Source: Myxococcales bacterium (GTDB taxonomy: Bacteria > Myxococcota_A > Polyangia > Fen-1088). From it: 64,000 nucleotides of DNA. A program made the position numbers and the translations under genes. The stretch covers positions 6,760-70,759 of the forward strand of contig JAGTJU010000008.1 in the NCBI GenBank assembly GCA_022184915.1, read 5' to 3'. Positions within the stretch are counted from its first letter, which is position 1. Each line of letters starts with the position of its first letter. The notes beneath the pieces are model-generated. The model worked only from the letters and a program-made list of their open reading frames with translations. It was not told where the DNA came from and did not search any database. Below are positions 19,383 through 28,744 of this stretch, piece after piece.

Positions 19383-21270
19383 TCACCACTTCCAGTCTTC
19401 GTTTCGAGACCGCTTTGGGCGCGATCTGCCGGTCCTCTGCTATCGCCCCCCAGGGCACCGCGAGCCCAAGGAGCTTGCCCTTCTCGACGAAAACGAGCTT
19501 GTTCTCCATCCAAGACGAGATCCACTCGTCCATGACAGCCGCTTCGATGCCGGGGAATCTGCGTCGCAGCTCGGCGATCGAGATGATCCTTTCACATTCC
19601 AAGTACACGTCCCGCTCAGGGCCCCTCAGCCAGTGAAAACGTGCATTCTTGCCGCGAAAGTCTCGGATCTTGAGATAGTCCCGTCCGTCTTGCATGGAAA
19701 GCAATAGGTTTCCCTCCACGTGAGGTCGCAGTGAGTCGTAGTGATTCCGCCACTCCCGCAGGGCCTCTTTCACCTTTCGCCAAAGGGGGCGAAGCGCGTC
19801 CAACTGGGCGCTGTCGAAAGACTTCTCGGTCAGGAAGAGCCGTTGGTTCAGGTCCGGCGGCAAGAGCATGCCATACATGTGATAGTTGCGGACGTTGCGG
19901 ATTCCGAACGTCTCTGGTGCCTTGTATGCTGGTGCCTGATACACCAGCGAGAAGTCGGCGATGTCAAGCGGTCTATAGCCTCGCGCGAACGCGATGTTCG
20001 TCAGTGTTTCGGCGATGTCTGCTTCGTCCATGCCCGGGTAGTCTACGATCAAGTTTGCCGTGTTCTTGATGCCGTATTGCTCACAGAACTTCATCGCCTG
20101 CAGATTCTGTAAGGTCGTCGTTCCCTTCACCATCTTCTCGAGAACAGACGTCGAGAGCGCTTCTATACCAAACTGCACCACACGGGCTCCAGCGCGGCTG
20201 AGTCGTCGAATCTGGTCGGGGTGTACAGACGCACGCGCTTCCATCCAGAAGTCGAGGCCGCCACCGATCGCGGTCAGTGCCTCGATGAACCCATCCGCTT
20301 CGCGGTGTCGAAGGATATTGTCGACGACGGTGAAATCGGGACACTCGTACTTTCTTGCGAGTTCGCGGATATCTTCGATCGACTGCTGGACGGGTTTCTC
20401 CCGATACCCATGCCATTGCAGGTTTAGATTGCAGAACGTGCAGCTCAGCATGGGGTCGACATGGCTTCGGTCCCACCAGCACCCCCTGCTGGTCTCTACC
20501 GGTATACGGATGCGGCCGATTTCCTCCTGGGAGTTGCCGCAGGAACGCAGAGTGCGAAAGTATCCGTCGTAGTTGGGTGGAGGTAGATCTGCCATGTTTG
20601 GGAGTTGGTCAACCTCGCCGAAGGCCGCCTCGGGTGAGTTGCGATGTACGACCGCCTTGACCTCCACAGTCTCGCCAGGGGCTGTCTTCTCCAAAGCCGA
20701 AGTCAGATTCAACAGGGGACTCTCGCCTTCACCGTTGACGACATAGTCCAAAAATGGGAACTCCTTTAGCAGAGTCTTCCCGATCAGGTTCGTGCAGCTT
20801 GGACCTCCCAGGACGATGTCCGTGGAGGGGGCTCTTCGCTTGACTTCGCGTGCGGCGAGCAGGCTTGGAATCATCTGGGCGAAAACCACGCTGAAACCCA
20901 CGAGCCGATATTGTGACCAATCAGTCCGGTCGAGCCTGTCGAGCAGGCTCGACCGTAGGGTCTCGATGACGCTTCCGAAGTCTAACTCACGGAAGGCTGG
21001 ATCGCTGTTTCGCGACGATTCGAGATAGTGGGCGATGGCGTTCGCGCGCTCGGGAAAGAAGATGTAGGCGAACAGGGCTTCGCCGACCCAGCTCACCGAG
21101 ATTCGCTTGGCCAAATGGATCCCGACAGCATCAGCCAACTCCAGGAACAGCTCATACGTGTCCACTTCGATGTCGGGACGGTGTCGCTCCATCCAGGCCT
21201 TGAGGGTTCCCAGTTGAATCGATGGGCTTAGCGGATCCTGCCAGGGCATCGAGATGAGGGCGATGCGCAT
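19375..21270 (-). CDS. RiPP-maturation class B (B12-domain) radical SAM enzyme
   Basis: LISMPW....PSIQLG.LK, GFS..FAQ, ETSRGCWW......CTFC.LN, DNIL, Q.GIEALS..VL..M.KG.T..QN. Confidence 0.92.
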   Translation of the reverse strand: MRIALISMPWQDPLSPSIQLGTLKAWMERHRPDIEVDTYELFLELADAVGIHLAKRISVSWVGEALFAYIFFPERANAIAHYLESSRNSDPAFRELDFGSVIETLRSSLLDRLDRTDWSQYRLVGFSVVFAQMIPSLLAAREVKRRAPSTDIVLGGPSCTNLIGKTLLKEFPFLDYVVNGEGESPLLNLTSALEKTAPGETVEVKAVVHRNSPEAAFGEVDQLPNMADLPPPNYDGYFRTLRSCGNSQEEIGRIRIPVETSRGCWWDRSHVDPMLSCTFCNLNLQWHGYREKPVQQSIEDIRELARKYECPDFTVVDNILRHREADGFIEALTAIGGGLDFWMEARASVHPDQIRRLSRAGARVVQFGIEALSTSVLEKMVKGTTTLQNLQAMKFCEQYGIKNTANLIVDYPGMDEADIAETLTNIAFARGYRPLDIADFSLVYQAPAYKAPETFGIRNVRNYHMYGMLLPPDLNQRLFLTEKSFDSAQLDALRPLWRKVKEALREWRNHYDSLRPHVEGNLLLSMQDGRDYLKIRDFRGKNARFHWLRGPERDVYLECERIISIAELRRRFPGIEAAVMDEWISSWMENKLVFVEKGKLLGLAVPWGAIAEDRQIAPKAVSKRRLEVVNA

Positions 21271-21306
21271 GCGAATTGTTCCTTGGTTTGGGGTGTTTCG
21301 GTGGGC

Positions 21307-22008
21307 TCAATGACGTCGGGCGGGAACCAACAACATCGCATCCTCGATGTTCGCCCGTAGCCAAAGATCGTCCCGTGCCAGGGGCATGGCAAGTAGGGAA
21401 TCTCGTGGCGCCGCGGCTCCCGCGCGGTAGACGTGAACCGTCCAGTCGGCCCCCCACGTGTGGATGAGGCGCGTCGCCAGGGCAAGGCGGCCACCCGGAG
21501 GCACGTAAGCTGTGTTCCACAGCGCCAAAGACACGCGATGGTCGAGCTGGTAGCCATGATCGAGAACGTCGCGAGCGTCTGCGATCAGCGTGGCGGGTCG
21601 AAGAAGATCGTTGCCCAAAAGGCCTGCGTAGTTGTCGAGCGCCGAGGGCGCGGCGACCACCTCGAAGGTCACGTTCTGCTGCGCCGCCACAGCCGCGGCC
21701 ACAGGAGTGAAGGGGTTGCCGAAGCTAGGATTACCCAACACGGCGACCGCCGCTCGCTCGTGGGCCCGTGCTGCAGAGACCGCGAGCTGAGCGGCTTTCG
21801 CCGTCACTCCAAAGGGGCCGGCGTCTCGGAAGACAGCCTGGTCGAGGTTGATGGCCGTTGGCGCCAATCGATGAAGCCTTTGTGACAGAACGGGCGGCAA
21901 ACCGAAGTGTCCCACCCACCTGCATTCCGACAGCGTTCGCGCCCCTTGCAGAGTCAGCTGATCTCCGGAGCCAAATCCAAGGCCGATCACGGAGAGCATC
22001 GAGATCAC
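21307..22008 (-). CDS. second, divergent borosin/tetrapyrrole-methylase-fold protein
   Basis: LSVIGLG....QLTL.G...L, GNPSF, V..APSALD. Confidence 0.65.
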   Translation of the reverse strand: MISMLSVIGLGFGSGDQLTLQGARTLSECRWVGHFGLPPVLSQRLHRLAPTAINLDQAVFRDAGPFGVTAKAAQLAVSAARAHERAAVAVLGNPSFGNPFTPVAAAVAAQQNVTFEVVAAPSALDNYAGLLGNDLLRPATLIADARDVLDHGYQLDHRVSLALWNTAYVPPGGRLALATRLIHTWGADWTVHVYRAGAAAPRDSLLAMPLARDDLWLRANIEDAMLLVPARRH

Positions 22009-22009
22009 G

Positions 22010-23005
22010 TCACTTCCACCTCACCCCGTCCAACTTGGCTCCGGTGAGGATGGCCCCATCGAGATTTGCACCACGGAGGTCCGAATTGCTCAGGTTGGCC
22101 TCCGTCAGGTCGGCGCCTGCCAGACTGGCGCCACGAAGATCCTGGTTCGAGAGGTCCGCACCTTTGAGGACAGCGCCGCGGAGCTGAATGACGGGGAAAC
22201 TGGGTGTCGCCATCGCTGCCTGGTAGGCCGCCGCAGCCGCGTAGAAGGACGGGTCGATGGCGGGTGCGCAGCGAACGGCGGCTGGGTTGTAGAAGGACGG
22301 GTCGATGGCGGGTGCGCAGCGAACGGCGGCTGGGTTGTAGAAGGACGGGTCGATGGCGGGTGCGCAGCGAACGGCGGCCGGGTTGTAGATGGACGGGTCG
22401 ATGGCGGGCGCGCAACGAACGGCGGCCGGGTTGTAGATGGACGGGTCGATGGCGGGTGCGCAACGAACGGCGGCCGGGTTGTAGAAGGACGGGTCGATGG
22501 CGGGCGCGCAACGAACGGCGGCCGGGTTGTAAATGGACGGGTCGATGGCGGGCGCGCAACGAACGGCGGCCGGGTTGTAAATGGACGGGTCGATGGCGGG
22601 TGCGCAACGGACGGCCGCGGGGTTGTAGGCGTCCTGGGGCGGGTATCTCGTAGGTTGCTCCAGAGCACCTAGGTGTGGATCTACTTTGAATTCCTTTTCC
22701 TGACTCATCACGTTCTCCTGAGCGGCAATGGGATTTGGGTAGGGATATTCGGCATGCAGAAGCTTGCCCGTCTGCGGATCACGGACGTATCGGGTTCGGG
22801 AGGTGGTCTCGACGATGCGACGGTGTGCGTCCAGCGCGCGACGAGCCACTTCCCAGTCGATCGCGCGCAATGAGGCCAGTTCGCGACCCGTGAGGCCAGC
22901 CCTGCCGGCCGCGTTTTCGGTCCTCGCCAAGCGCTCGAGGGTGTCGAGGTCGATGCGCTCCAACGTCAGCTCACTGAAGAGCCGCTGCAGATTCTCCAGG
23001 CTCAT
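22010..23005 (-). CDS. putative multi-core RiPP precursor with helical N-domain and C-terminal pentapeptide repeats
   Basis: 8 x [15 protein letters not shown][I/F]; C-terminal A(D/N)Lxx pentapeptides; possible second start at 22708 after AGGAG. Confidence 0.85.
   Translation of the reverse strand: MSLENLQRLFSELTLERIDLDTLERLARTENAAGRAGLTGRELASLRAIDWEVARRALDAHRRIVETTSRTRYVRDPQTGKLLHAEYPYPNPIAAQENVMSQEKEFKVDPHLGALEQPTRYPPQDAYNPAAVRCAPAIDPSIYNPAAVRCAPAIDPSIYNPAAVRCAPAIDPSFYNPAAVRCAPAIDPSIYNPAAVRCAPAIDPSIYNPAAVRCAPAIDPSFYNPAAVRCAPAIDPSFYNPAAVRCAPAIDPSFYAAAAAYQAAMATPSFPVIQLRGAVLKGADLSNQDLRGASLAGADLTEANLSNSDLRGANLDGAILTGAKLDGVRWK
22244..22627 (-). repeat. 8 x 48-bp coding tandem repeat
   Basis: Unit ~TACAACCCGGCCGCCGTTCGTTGCGCACCCGCCATCGACCCGTCC(A/T)TC; variation is synonymous except I/F. 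Confidence 0.95.
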
Positions 23006-23020
23006 GGCGTGGCCTCAGCG

Positions 23021-23917
23021 TCAGGCGGCGCGGGCGCGGGTCGCCGCCGGGAAGAGATCGTTTAGGATCTCGAGGTTGTGGAAAAGGACCCAGGGCTCTG
23101 CCCCGATTGTCTCGGTGTATACGGCGCGAAGGTTTGTACAACGTGGAATCACGTGTTGGAGGGCTTCGACGGTGATGGGGTTGAGGGGACCCGTGTAGTC
23201 GTCGACCCAGGTGAGGTGGGCGGGATCTCCGAACATGCCGCCGGCGGTGTTGATCTCTCCGACGTGACTCAAGGGGAATTCGTCGATGCGATCGAGGAGA
23301 GGGCGTCGATGAAGCAGGTTGTAGCTGAAGAAGTGGCCCACATCGAAGTTGAGCGTTGCGCCCGTGGCTTCCACGAACGAACGGAAGAACGTGGAAAGGT
23401 GCATCTCGTCCGGTCCGGGCATGTAGAAGTGCGGAACCTCTGGGAAGAGCGACACCGGTACTCGTTCGCTCACCTCGCGCATCCGTCGAATACAAACCGA
23501 GAGGCATTCCTCCGTGAGGAAGGGCTGCACGTAGTTGGGGTGGCCTTGCGGACGAGAGCGAGCGAAGTTGGTGACTATGACGTCTTCGGTGGCCCACTCT
23601 GGCCGCCAGATGTCGACGATCTCATGGATTCTGCTCCAGTTCGCCGTGATCGTCGTACCATCGAAGGGAAGCTCGAAGTCCCCGCTGGCGTGCCAAACGT
23701 ACTTCAATCCTGCGGGAAGTTGGGCCTTTAGCCGCTCCATGAAACCGCGGGAGTAGTTCTCGTAGGCGTAGACCGTCAGATACTGACAAAGGCCGCGCCG
23801 GTAACACTCGGTTACCACGTCAATGACCCCTGGCTCGCACAAATCGTTCGCCACACCCACGCCAAGCGCTCCCGCTTGGATCCGACTCGAATCTGACACT
23901 CCAAACACCTCCGGCAT
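23021..23917 (-). CDS. divergent DUF692 family MNIO
   Basis: LGVGV, WH, W.TED, P.LTEE.L, FD.GH, PL..VGEI..AGG, WVDD; first gene of the RiPP operon. Confidence 0.75.
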   Translation of the reverse strand: MPEVFGVSDSSRIQAGALGVGVANDLCEPGVIDVVTECYRRGLCQYLTVYAYENYSRGFMERLKAQLPAGLKYVWHASGDFELPFDGTTITANWSRIHEIVDIWRPEWATEDVIVTNFARSRPQGHPNYVQPFLTEECLSVCIRRMREVSERVPVSLFPEVPHFYMPGPDEMHLSTFFRSFVEATGATLNFDVGHFFSYNLLHRRPLLDRIDEFPLSHVGEINTAGGMFGDPAHLTWVDDYTGPLNPITVEALQHVIPRCTNLRAVYTETIGAEPWVLFHNLEILNDLFPAATRARAA

Positions 23918-23995
23918 CCAGTGACGATGCTATCCGCGCCGGATAATATCTGCGGCTTCGCGCCATGGCAACAGGAAACACGGGCGCGCTTTGCT

Positions 23996-24100
23996 TGTAG
24001 AACCTCTGGGTGACTCGAAACTAGGAGGGTCCCGAGGATGCGCAAGAGCAGATTCACTGAAGACCAGATGGTCAAGATGCTGCGAGACGCCGACCGGACA
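23996..24100 (+). mobile_element. IS3-family 5' remnant
   Basis: TGTAG.. end, RBS, MRKSRFTEDQMVKMLRDAD, then homology is lost. Confidence 0.7.
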
Positions 24101-24349
24101 CGCAGGCGGGTCCCAAGATCAGGGCGGTGGCCGCCGACGAAAGCCATCGCCTCAACGACGCCTATGCCCGCATCGCCGCACACGTCGCACAGGGCAACGT
24201 GCCGAAGGTCTAAACGAGCCGCGGGCGGCGAGCGCCCCGATGCACGGGACGAGCCCAGGAGGATCGCGAGCGCCGGACGGAACCTCGGTCACCGGCGAAG
24301 GTGGAGCCTTGGCCCACCACGCCGGTGATCCGTTTTATCTCGTTGCCTC

Positions 24350-26950
24350 TCAGGGCAGCAGCCGACCCAGGTTGATGAGCTGGGTCTCGCCGCTGTTGTC
24401 GTCGACGCCATCGTTGTCGTTGACGATCCAGACATCGCCGGTGCGGGTCACCGCGCTGCCTTCGATCTTCTCGTAGACGGGGCCCGCCGGCCGCTTGAGA
24501 TCAGGCACCAGGTCGCGAACCAGCGTCTTGGTCACGGTGGCGCCGTCGGCCACGCCTGCCAGCGTCACCCGGTAGAGCCGCTTGATGACGGCGTCGGGAC
24601 CGCCCTGATTGTCGCGTTCCACCACCAGGAAGCTGCCGTCACCCAGGCTGCTGATATCGGAGAGGCCCACCCAGCCGCCGTTGGCCGAAGCCGGTGCCTC
24701 GAGCGGGTAGAAGGCGAAGGTCCAGGTGTCCGACACCACATCGTAGATGCCGATGCGCGCGTTGGCATCGCCCTGCCAGACCCGCTGGAAGGCCACGTAC
24801 ACCTTGCCAGCGTGTTCCGACACGCCTTCGTAGCCGAAGCGGATCTGCTTGGCGTTGATGGCATCCGGCAGCTTCACCACCTTCTCGATGACGCCATTGG
24901 CGTTCGTCTTGAACAGGAAGTTCAGGGTGTTGACCGGCCGCGCGGCTTCGCCGACCGTGCCCGCCCCTTCCGATGCGATCCAGAAGCCACCATCGCCCGC
25001 CACGGCAATGCCTTCGGGATCGATGTTCACCGTCTTGTCTGGGTTGATCATGGCCGCCAGATCCGCCTCATCGAAGACGTCTTTGCGGGTGGCGTCGTTC
25101 GCCGGAACGGTGGCATCAGCCAAATCCACGGCCGCCACCGCCTTGAACACGTCGTTCGTGTCGCGAATCGCAATTTCGCGAACGATGCGCGCAGGCCGGA
25201 AGCCCGTGTCGATGGCGAAGATGCGGTTCGCCTCGAAGGCGCTGTCCTCGATGGCGTAGAGCATGTTTCCGTGAATCGGATCGGCTGCCAGGCCCGACAT
25301 GGCTGCCCACGGGATGGGGTTTCCGTTCAACCGGTCGTTCGAGATCAGCGTGGGGTAGGCCGCGGGCGCGGTTTCGTAGGCGTAAATGTTGATGACCGAC
25401 CGCACGAGATCTTCGCGGCTATCCTCTTCGCTGGCCACGACCAGCAGGTTGCGCGATGGGATCGCCAGGGCGCCTTCGGGACCGATCCCGGCAGGCACCG
25501 CCTGCTTGAACACCGGCTTCCTCAGATCGGCCACGTCGTACACGAACACCAGGCTCGAACGCTCGGAGTTCACGAACAAGTAGCGATTGTTCCCGAACAC
25601 CGCGAATTCCACGTTCTCAGGTTCGTTGCCTTTGTTGTCCGATCGGCCATCAGGATAATGCCCGAGGCGCGAAGCCATCACGTCCATCTCGCGACCAGAG
25701 CTGTAGACGACGTTGCCGTTGGTATCGAAAATGGTGAAACCACGGCTGCCGCCAGCCAGGTCGCCCTCGTCCGCCGTCGCGAAGAGATCCTTCGAAAGCC
25801 AGGCCACACCATCGGGCTCTCGGGGCACGTCCATCTTCGTCTCTGTCAACGAGATGATGCCGTCGTCCCTCGTGTCCACGCCCGTGAGGTTCACCTTGCC
25901 GGCGCTGAAGCTGCGCACGATGCTGCCATCGCTCAGCTTCACCAACACGATGCCGTTGTTCTCCTGCAGGCTGACCACGGCGATGTTGTCGCTGTTGATG
26001 TCCACGAACTCGGGTTCGGGATCCGTGGGGGTTTCGATGCCAGCGAGACCGGTGAGCACCACGTCTCGGGTGGTCCAGGCACTGGGCATACCCTCCAGGC
26101 TCACCACCACCAGCTTGCCCGCGGGCAGCTGAGGGATGGCGCCATCGTTCAGGTCTTCGTCACGCTGGTTCTCGATCACGACCGCGGCGTACTTGCCATC
26201 GGGGCTCACGGCCACCGAGTCGGGCTGCCCCCCAAGATCGATCTTGCGCACGGACATCTTCGTCGTCACGTCGACGACGTCCAGCTCGCCCGATACGTTC
26301 ATGAAGCCGGCGCTCTTGTTTACTCCCACGAGGGCGTAGTTGCCCACCACGGCCACCGACGTGGGTTCCCCCGCCAGATCCAGGGTGCCCGCCGCTTTGG
26401 GAGCCCGCGGATCCGTGATGTCCACGAAGCCCACGACCTTGCGGGGGCTGTCCGAGTAGATGAGGGTCATGCCGTCGGCGGAGGCGGCCACGATTTCGGC
26501 GGCGGTCTGCGTATCGTCATCGCAGTTTGCGTCGATCTGGCTGCACACCGGCAGCACGGCGATGCGGTTGAAGTTCTTGCCGGTGTCGACGCTGGTGGGA
26601 GCGCAAAGGAAGGACGTGGAAACGATCTCGGTCGCCTCGAGCTGTCCGTTGCCGTTGGCATCGGCGCCGCTGTCGAAGCGGATGCCGCCGTCGAAGCAGT
26701 GTGCGTCCCCCGTGGCGAGAACGGTCTGCACGGTCAAACCGGAGTGTCCGCTGGCGCCCATGGCACCGGAAGGTCCAGCGGCGCCCGGCGCCCCCATGTC
26801 ACCCGGAGGTCCGGCTTGCCCCGCACCACCAACGGGTCCTGCGGGGCCCGCGGGACCGTTCATTCCGTCTTCTCCATCGGATCCCGAGCATCCCACCAGC
26901 GGGGACAGCAGCAGGGGCACCGCAAGCACGATCTGTTTCAGCCGAAGCAT
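24350..26950 (-). CDS. secreted lipoprotein: collagen-like repeats, beta-propeller and phytase-like esterase (alkaline phosphatase-type)
   Basis: LVGC lipobox, GxxGxx repeats, GQPDSVAVSPDG, EPDG, YPD.RS.NKG.EPE, DPEGI, NDNDG. Confidence 0.8.
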   Translation of the reverse strand: MLRLKQIVLAVPLLLSPLVGCSGSDGEDGMNGPAGPAGPVGGAGQAGPPGDMGAPGAAGPSGAMGASGHSGLTVQTVLATGDAHCFDGGIRFDSGADANGNGQLEATEIVSTSFLCAPTSVDTGKNFNRIAVLPVCSQIDANCDDDTQTAAEIVAASADGMTLIYSDSPRKVVGFVDITDPRAPKAAGTLDLAGEPTSVAVVGNYALVGVNKSAGFMNVSGELDVVDVTTKMSVRKIDLGGQPDSVAVSPDGKYAAVVIENQRDEDLNDGAIPQLPAGKLVVVSLEGMPSAWTTRDVVLTGLAGIETPTDPEPEFVDINSDNIAVVSLQENNGIVLVKLSDGSIVRSFSAGKVNLTGVDTRDDGIISLTETKMDVPREPDGVAWLSKDLFATADEGDLAGGSRGFTIFDTNGNVVYSSGREMDVMASRLGHYPDGRSDNKGNEPENVEFAVFGNNRYLFVNSERSSLVFVYDVADLRKPVFKQAVPAGIGPEGALAIPSRNLLVVASEEDSREDLVRSVINIYAYETAPAAYPTLISNDRLNGNPIPWAAMSGLAADPIHGNMLYAIEDSAFEANRIFAIDTGFRPARIVREIAIRDTNDVFKAVAAVDLADATVPANDATRKDVFDEADLAAMINPDKTVNIDPEGIAVAGDGGFWIASEGAGTVGEAARPVNTLNFLFKTNANGVIEKVVKLPDAINAKQIRFGYEGVSEHAGKVYVAFQRVWQGDANARIGIYDVVSDTWTFAFYPLEAPASANGGWVGLSDISSLGDGSFLVVERDNQGGPDAVIKRLYRVTLAGVADGATVTKTLVRDLVPDLKRPAGPVYEKIEGSAVTRTGDVWIVNDNDGVDDNSGETQLINLGRLLP

Positions 26951-27181
26951 TCTGTAACCTTTCCTGACGTCGTTTCGTGATCGCTCCCCAAGGGGAAGGC
27001 GCGGCGACCTTAACAGCGATGATCTTTCTTACGTCCGGGTGCGACAAAGTGTTTCCTGTCTGACAAGAACCTGTAGAAAAATTCGCGAGGTTACCGCTTG
27101 CGGTCGGCTCAACGAGCGGTCCGGTCGAACGCCGGCCGATTGGCTCCGAAGGGTTACTTCGGCTATCAGAGGCGCCTCCCC

Positions 27182-27337
27182 ATGTCCACGCTCGTGCAGA
27201 TCCGCCGCCCCTCCGAGGCCGCGGCGCCCGCGTCCTCTGGTGAGCCGCCGGCTGGCGTCCGTGGAGACCTACGGGTGCCAGATGAACGTGGCCGACACCG
27301 GGATGGTGCTTGGCATGCTGGCGGGCGCAGGCTACGG
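27182..27337 (+). pseudogene. miaB: miaB 5' fragment
   Basis: VETYGCQMNVADT..V.G.L..AGY; frameshifted and cut at the repeat boundary. Confidence 0.75.
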
Positions 27338-27376
27338 CCCGGCAGCAAGGCAGAGGATGCGAGGCGGCTTACGTTA
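27338..27376 (-). repeat. dif-like site 4, D-side flank only (core removed by ISAzo13)
   Basis: CCCGGCAGCAAGGCAGAGGATGCGAGGCGGCTTACGTTA directly abuts the IS. Confidence 0.8.
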
Positions 27377-28707
27377 GGGGCTGCCGCGAAAAAAGTCGAT
27401 CGTCTCGTCATGTCGGTACGGTCGGGTGGATGGTGTAGTTCCACTCGCCGTGGAAGACGTTGGGATCGAGATTCACGAGTGCGAGGTCCTTGTCCGAGAC
27501 GCGGCGACCCTTGGCGTAAGTGCGACTGTCGACTCGGCTCTTCACGAGCAGTCCGGTCGTCGTCGTCGTCGCTGCGATTAGATTGACGATGACTTGATGG
27601 GTGACCAGAGGCTTTCCGCGCCAGTTCTGGGTGATGAAGGAAAACAAGCGGTGCTCGATCTTGTTCCACTTGCTCGTTCCCGGAGGCAGATGACAGACGG
27701 TGATGGGGAAGCGCAGGTCGTCGACGAGCTTTTGTAGCTCGAGCTTCCATAGGCGCAGCCTATAGCCGTTGCTTCCACCTCCGTCCGCCGTGATCACGAG
27801 CGAGGTCGCGTTTGGATACCTCGAGGCGCCCATCTCGCTCCACCAGGTGCGGATGCTCTGCACCGCGAATTCCCCCGTGTCGTGGCTCACGCCAACGCTG
27901 ACCCACGCCTCGTTCTTCTGGAGGTCGTAGATGCCGTACGGTGTGGCGCGTCCCTTTTCGTCGTCGACGAAGTCGTGCACGTTGACATCGACCGGATCTT
28001 CCTTCCCGCTGAGCTCGCGGCCGCCGTTCTTGTACGGTCCGACAAGCTCTCGTTTCTTCGTGTCCACAGAGATCGCCGGCTCGTTCGTTTCGAGCTGTCG
28101 ACGGAGTGTCTCGTTGATGTGCTCAAACTGAGCGTTTCGATCTGGATGCTGCGCGCCCTCAAGCCGCTTGCGATTCGCCTGGAGACTGTAGCCGAGCTCC
28201 TTGAGCAGTCTTGAGACCATCTTCATGCTCGTTTGGTGCCCCTGCTTCTTGAGCGCCTCCACGAGATTGCGCTGGCTACGAGCTGTCCACAGAAGCGGCG
28301 ACTCGGGATCTCCGCGTGTCGTCGATTCTACAAGCTTCTTCAGATCCGGAATCAATCTCGGATCCTTCTCGGTTGCCTTCTTGCGCCCGGCGCCTGGTCG
28401 ACGGCTTCGCGTTGGCGGTAAATGCCTCGCCGTCCCGTTTTCGATCGCCCGTACTTCGGCGATCCCGCGCCCCACCACGCTCGGTGCCATACCCGTCGCA
28501 CGAGATGCAGCGACAATGCCGCCGTAGCCAAAAGCGATCGCCTCGTTCGCCACGAATAGCCGCCGAGCTCTCTCTGTCAGACTCCCCTTTATCTTGCCGT
28601 AGCGATCCCGTATCTCGGATTCACGCCGCGATCGTTCCTTGGTCATGCACCTCCAATGGAGATCCTCCTCGCAGATAAAGTCAACCTATTTATTTCGCGG
28701 CAGGCCC
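27377..28707 (-). mobile_element. ISAzo13-family IS, copy 1
   Basis: IRs GGG(G/C)CTGCCGCGAAA; same transposase sequence as 41875-43113. Confidence 0.92.
27408..28646 (-). CDS. ISAzo13-family transposase
   Basis: GDPESPL.WT, GYSLQAN.K, ISVDTKK.EL.G, ITADGGGSNG, PPGTSKWNKIEHRLFS, HGEWNY. Confidence 0.95.
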   Translation of the reverse strand: MTKERSRRESEIRDRYGKIKGSLTERARRLFVANEAIAFGYGGIVAASRATGMAPSVVGRGIAEVRAIENGTARHLPPTRSRRPGAGRKKATEKDPRLIPDLKKLVESTTRGDPESPLLWTARSQRNLVEALKKQGHQTSMKMVSRLLKELGYSLQANRKRLEGAQHPDRNAQFEHINETLRRQLETNEPAISVDTKKRELVGPYKNGGRELSGKEDPVDVNVHDFVDDEKGRATPYGIYDLQKNEAWVSVGVSHDTGEFAVQSIRTWWSEMGASRYPNATSLVITADGGGSNGYRLRLWKLELQKLVDDLRFPITVCHLPPGTSKWNKIEHRLFSFITQNWRGKPLVTHQVIVNLIAATTTTTGLLVKSRVDSRTYAKGRRVSDKDLALVNLDPNVFHGEWNYTIHPTVPT

Positions 28708-28744
28708 TAACGTAAGCCGCCTTGCGCCCTAAGCTTGCTGCCGG
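28708..28744 (+). repeat. dif-like site 5, D-side flank only
   Basis: TAACGTAAGCCGCCTTGCGCCCTAAGCTTGCTGCCGG directly after the IS. Confidence 0.8.

Noticed and set aside
22244-22627. 48-bp tandem repeat as a CRISPR array
   Set aside because: No unique spacers, no cas genes, and variation is codon-synonymous, so it is a coding repeat.
23931-23960. GCGCCGGATAATATCTG as another dif half-site
   Set aside because: No XerD arm and no conserved flank; could be chance or a promoter element.
24812-26980. Long antisense ORFs (also 52372-54735 and 59802-61442)
   Set aside because: Shadow frames of real high-GC genes on the opposite strand, with no motifs.
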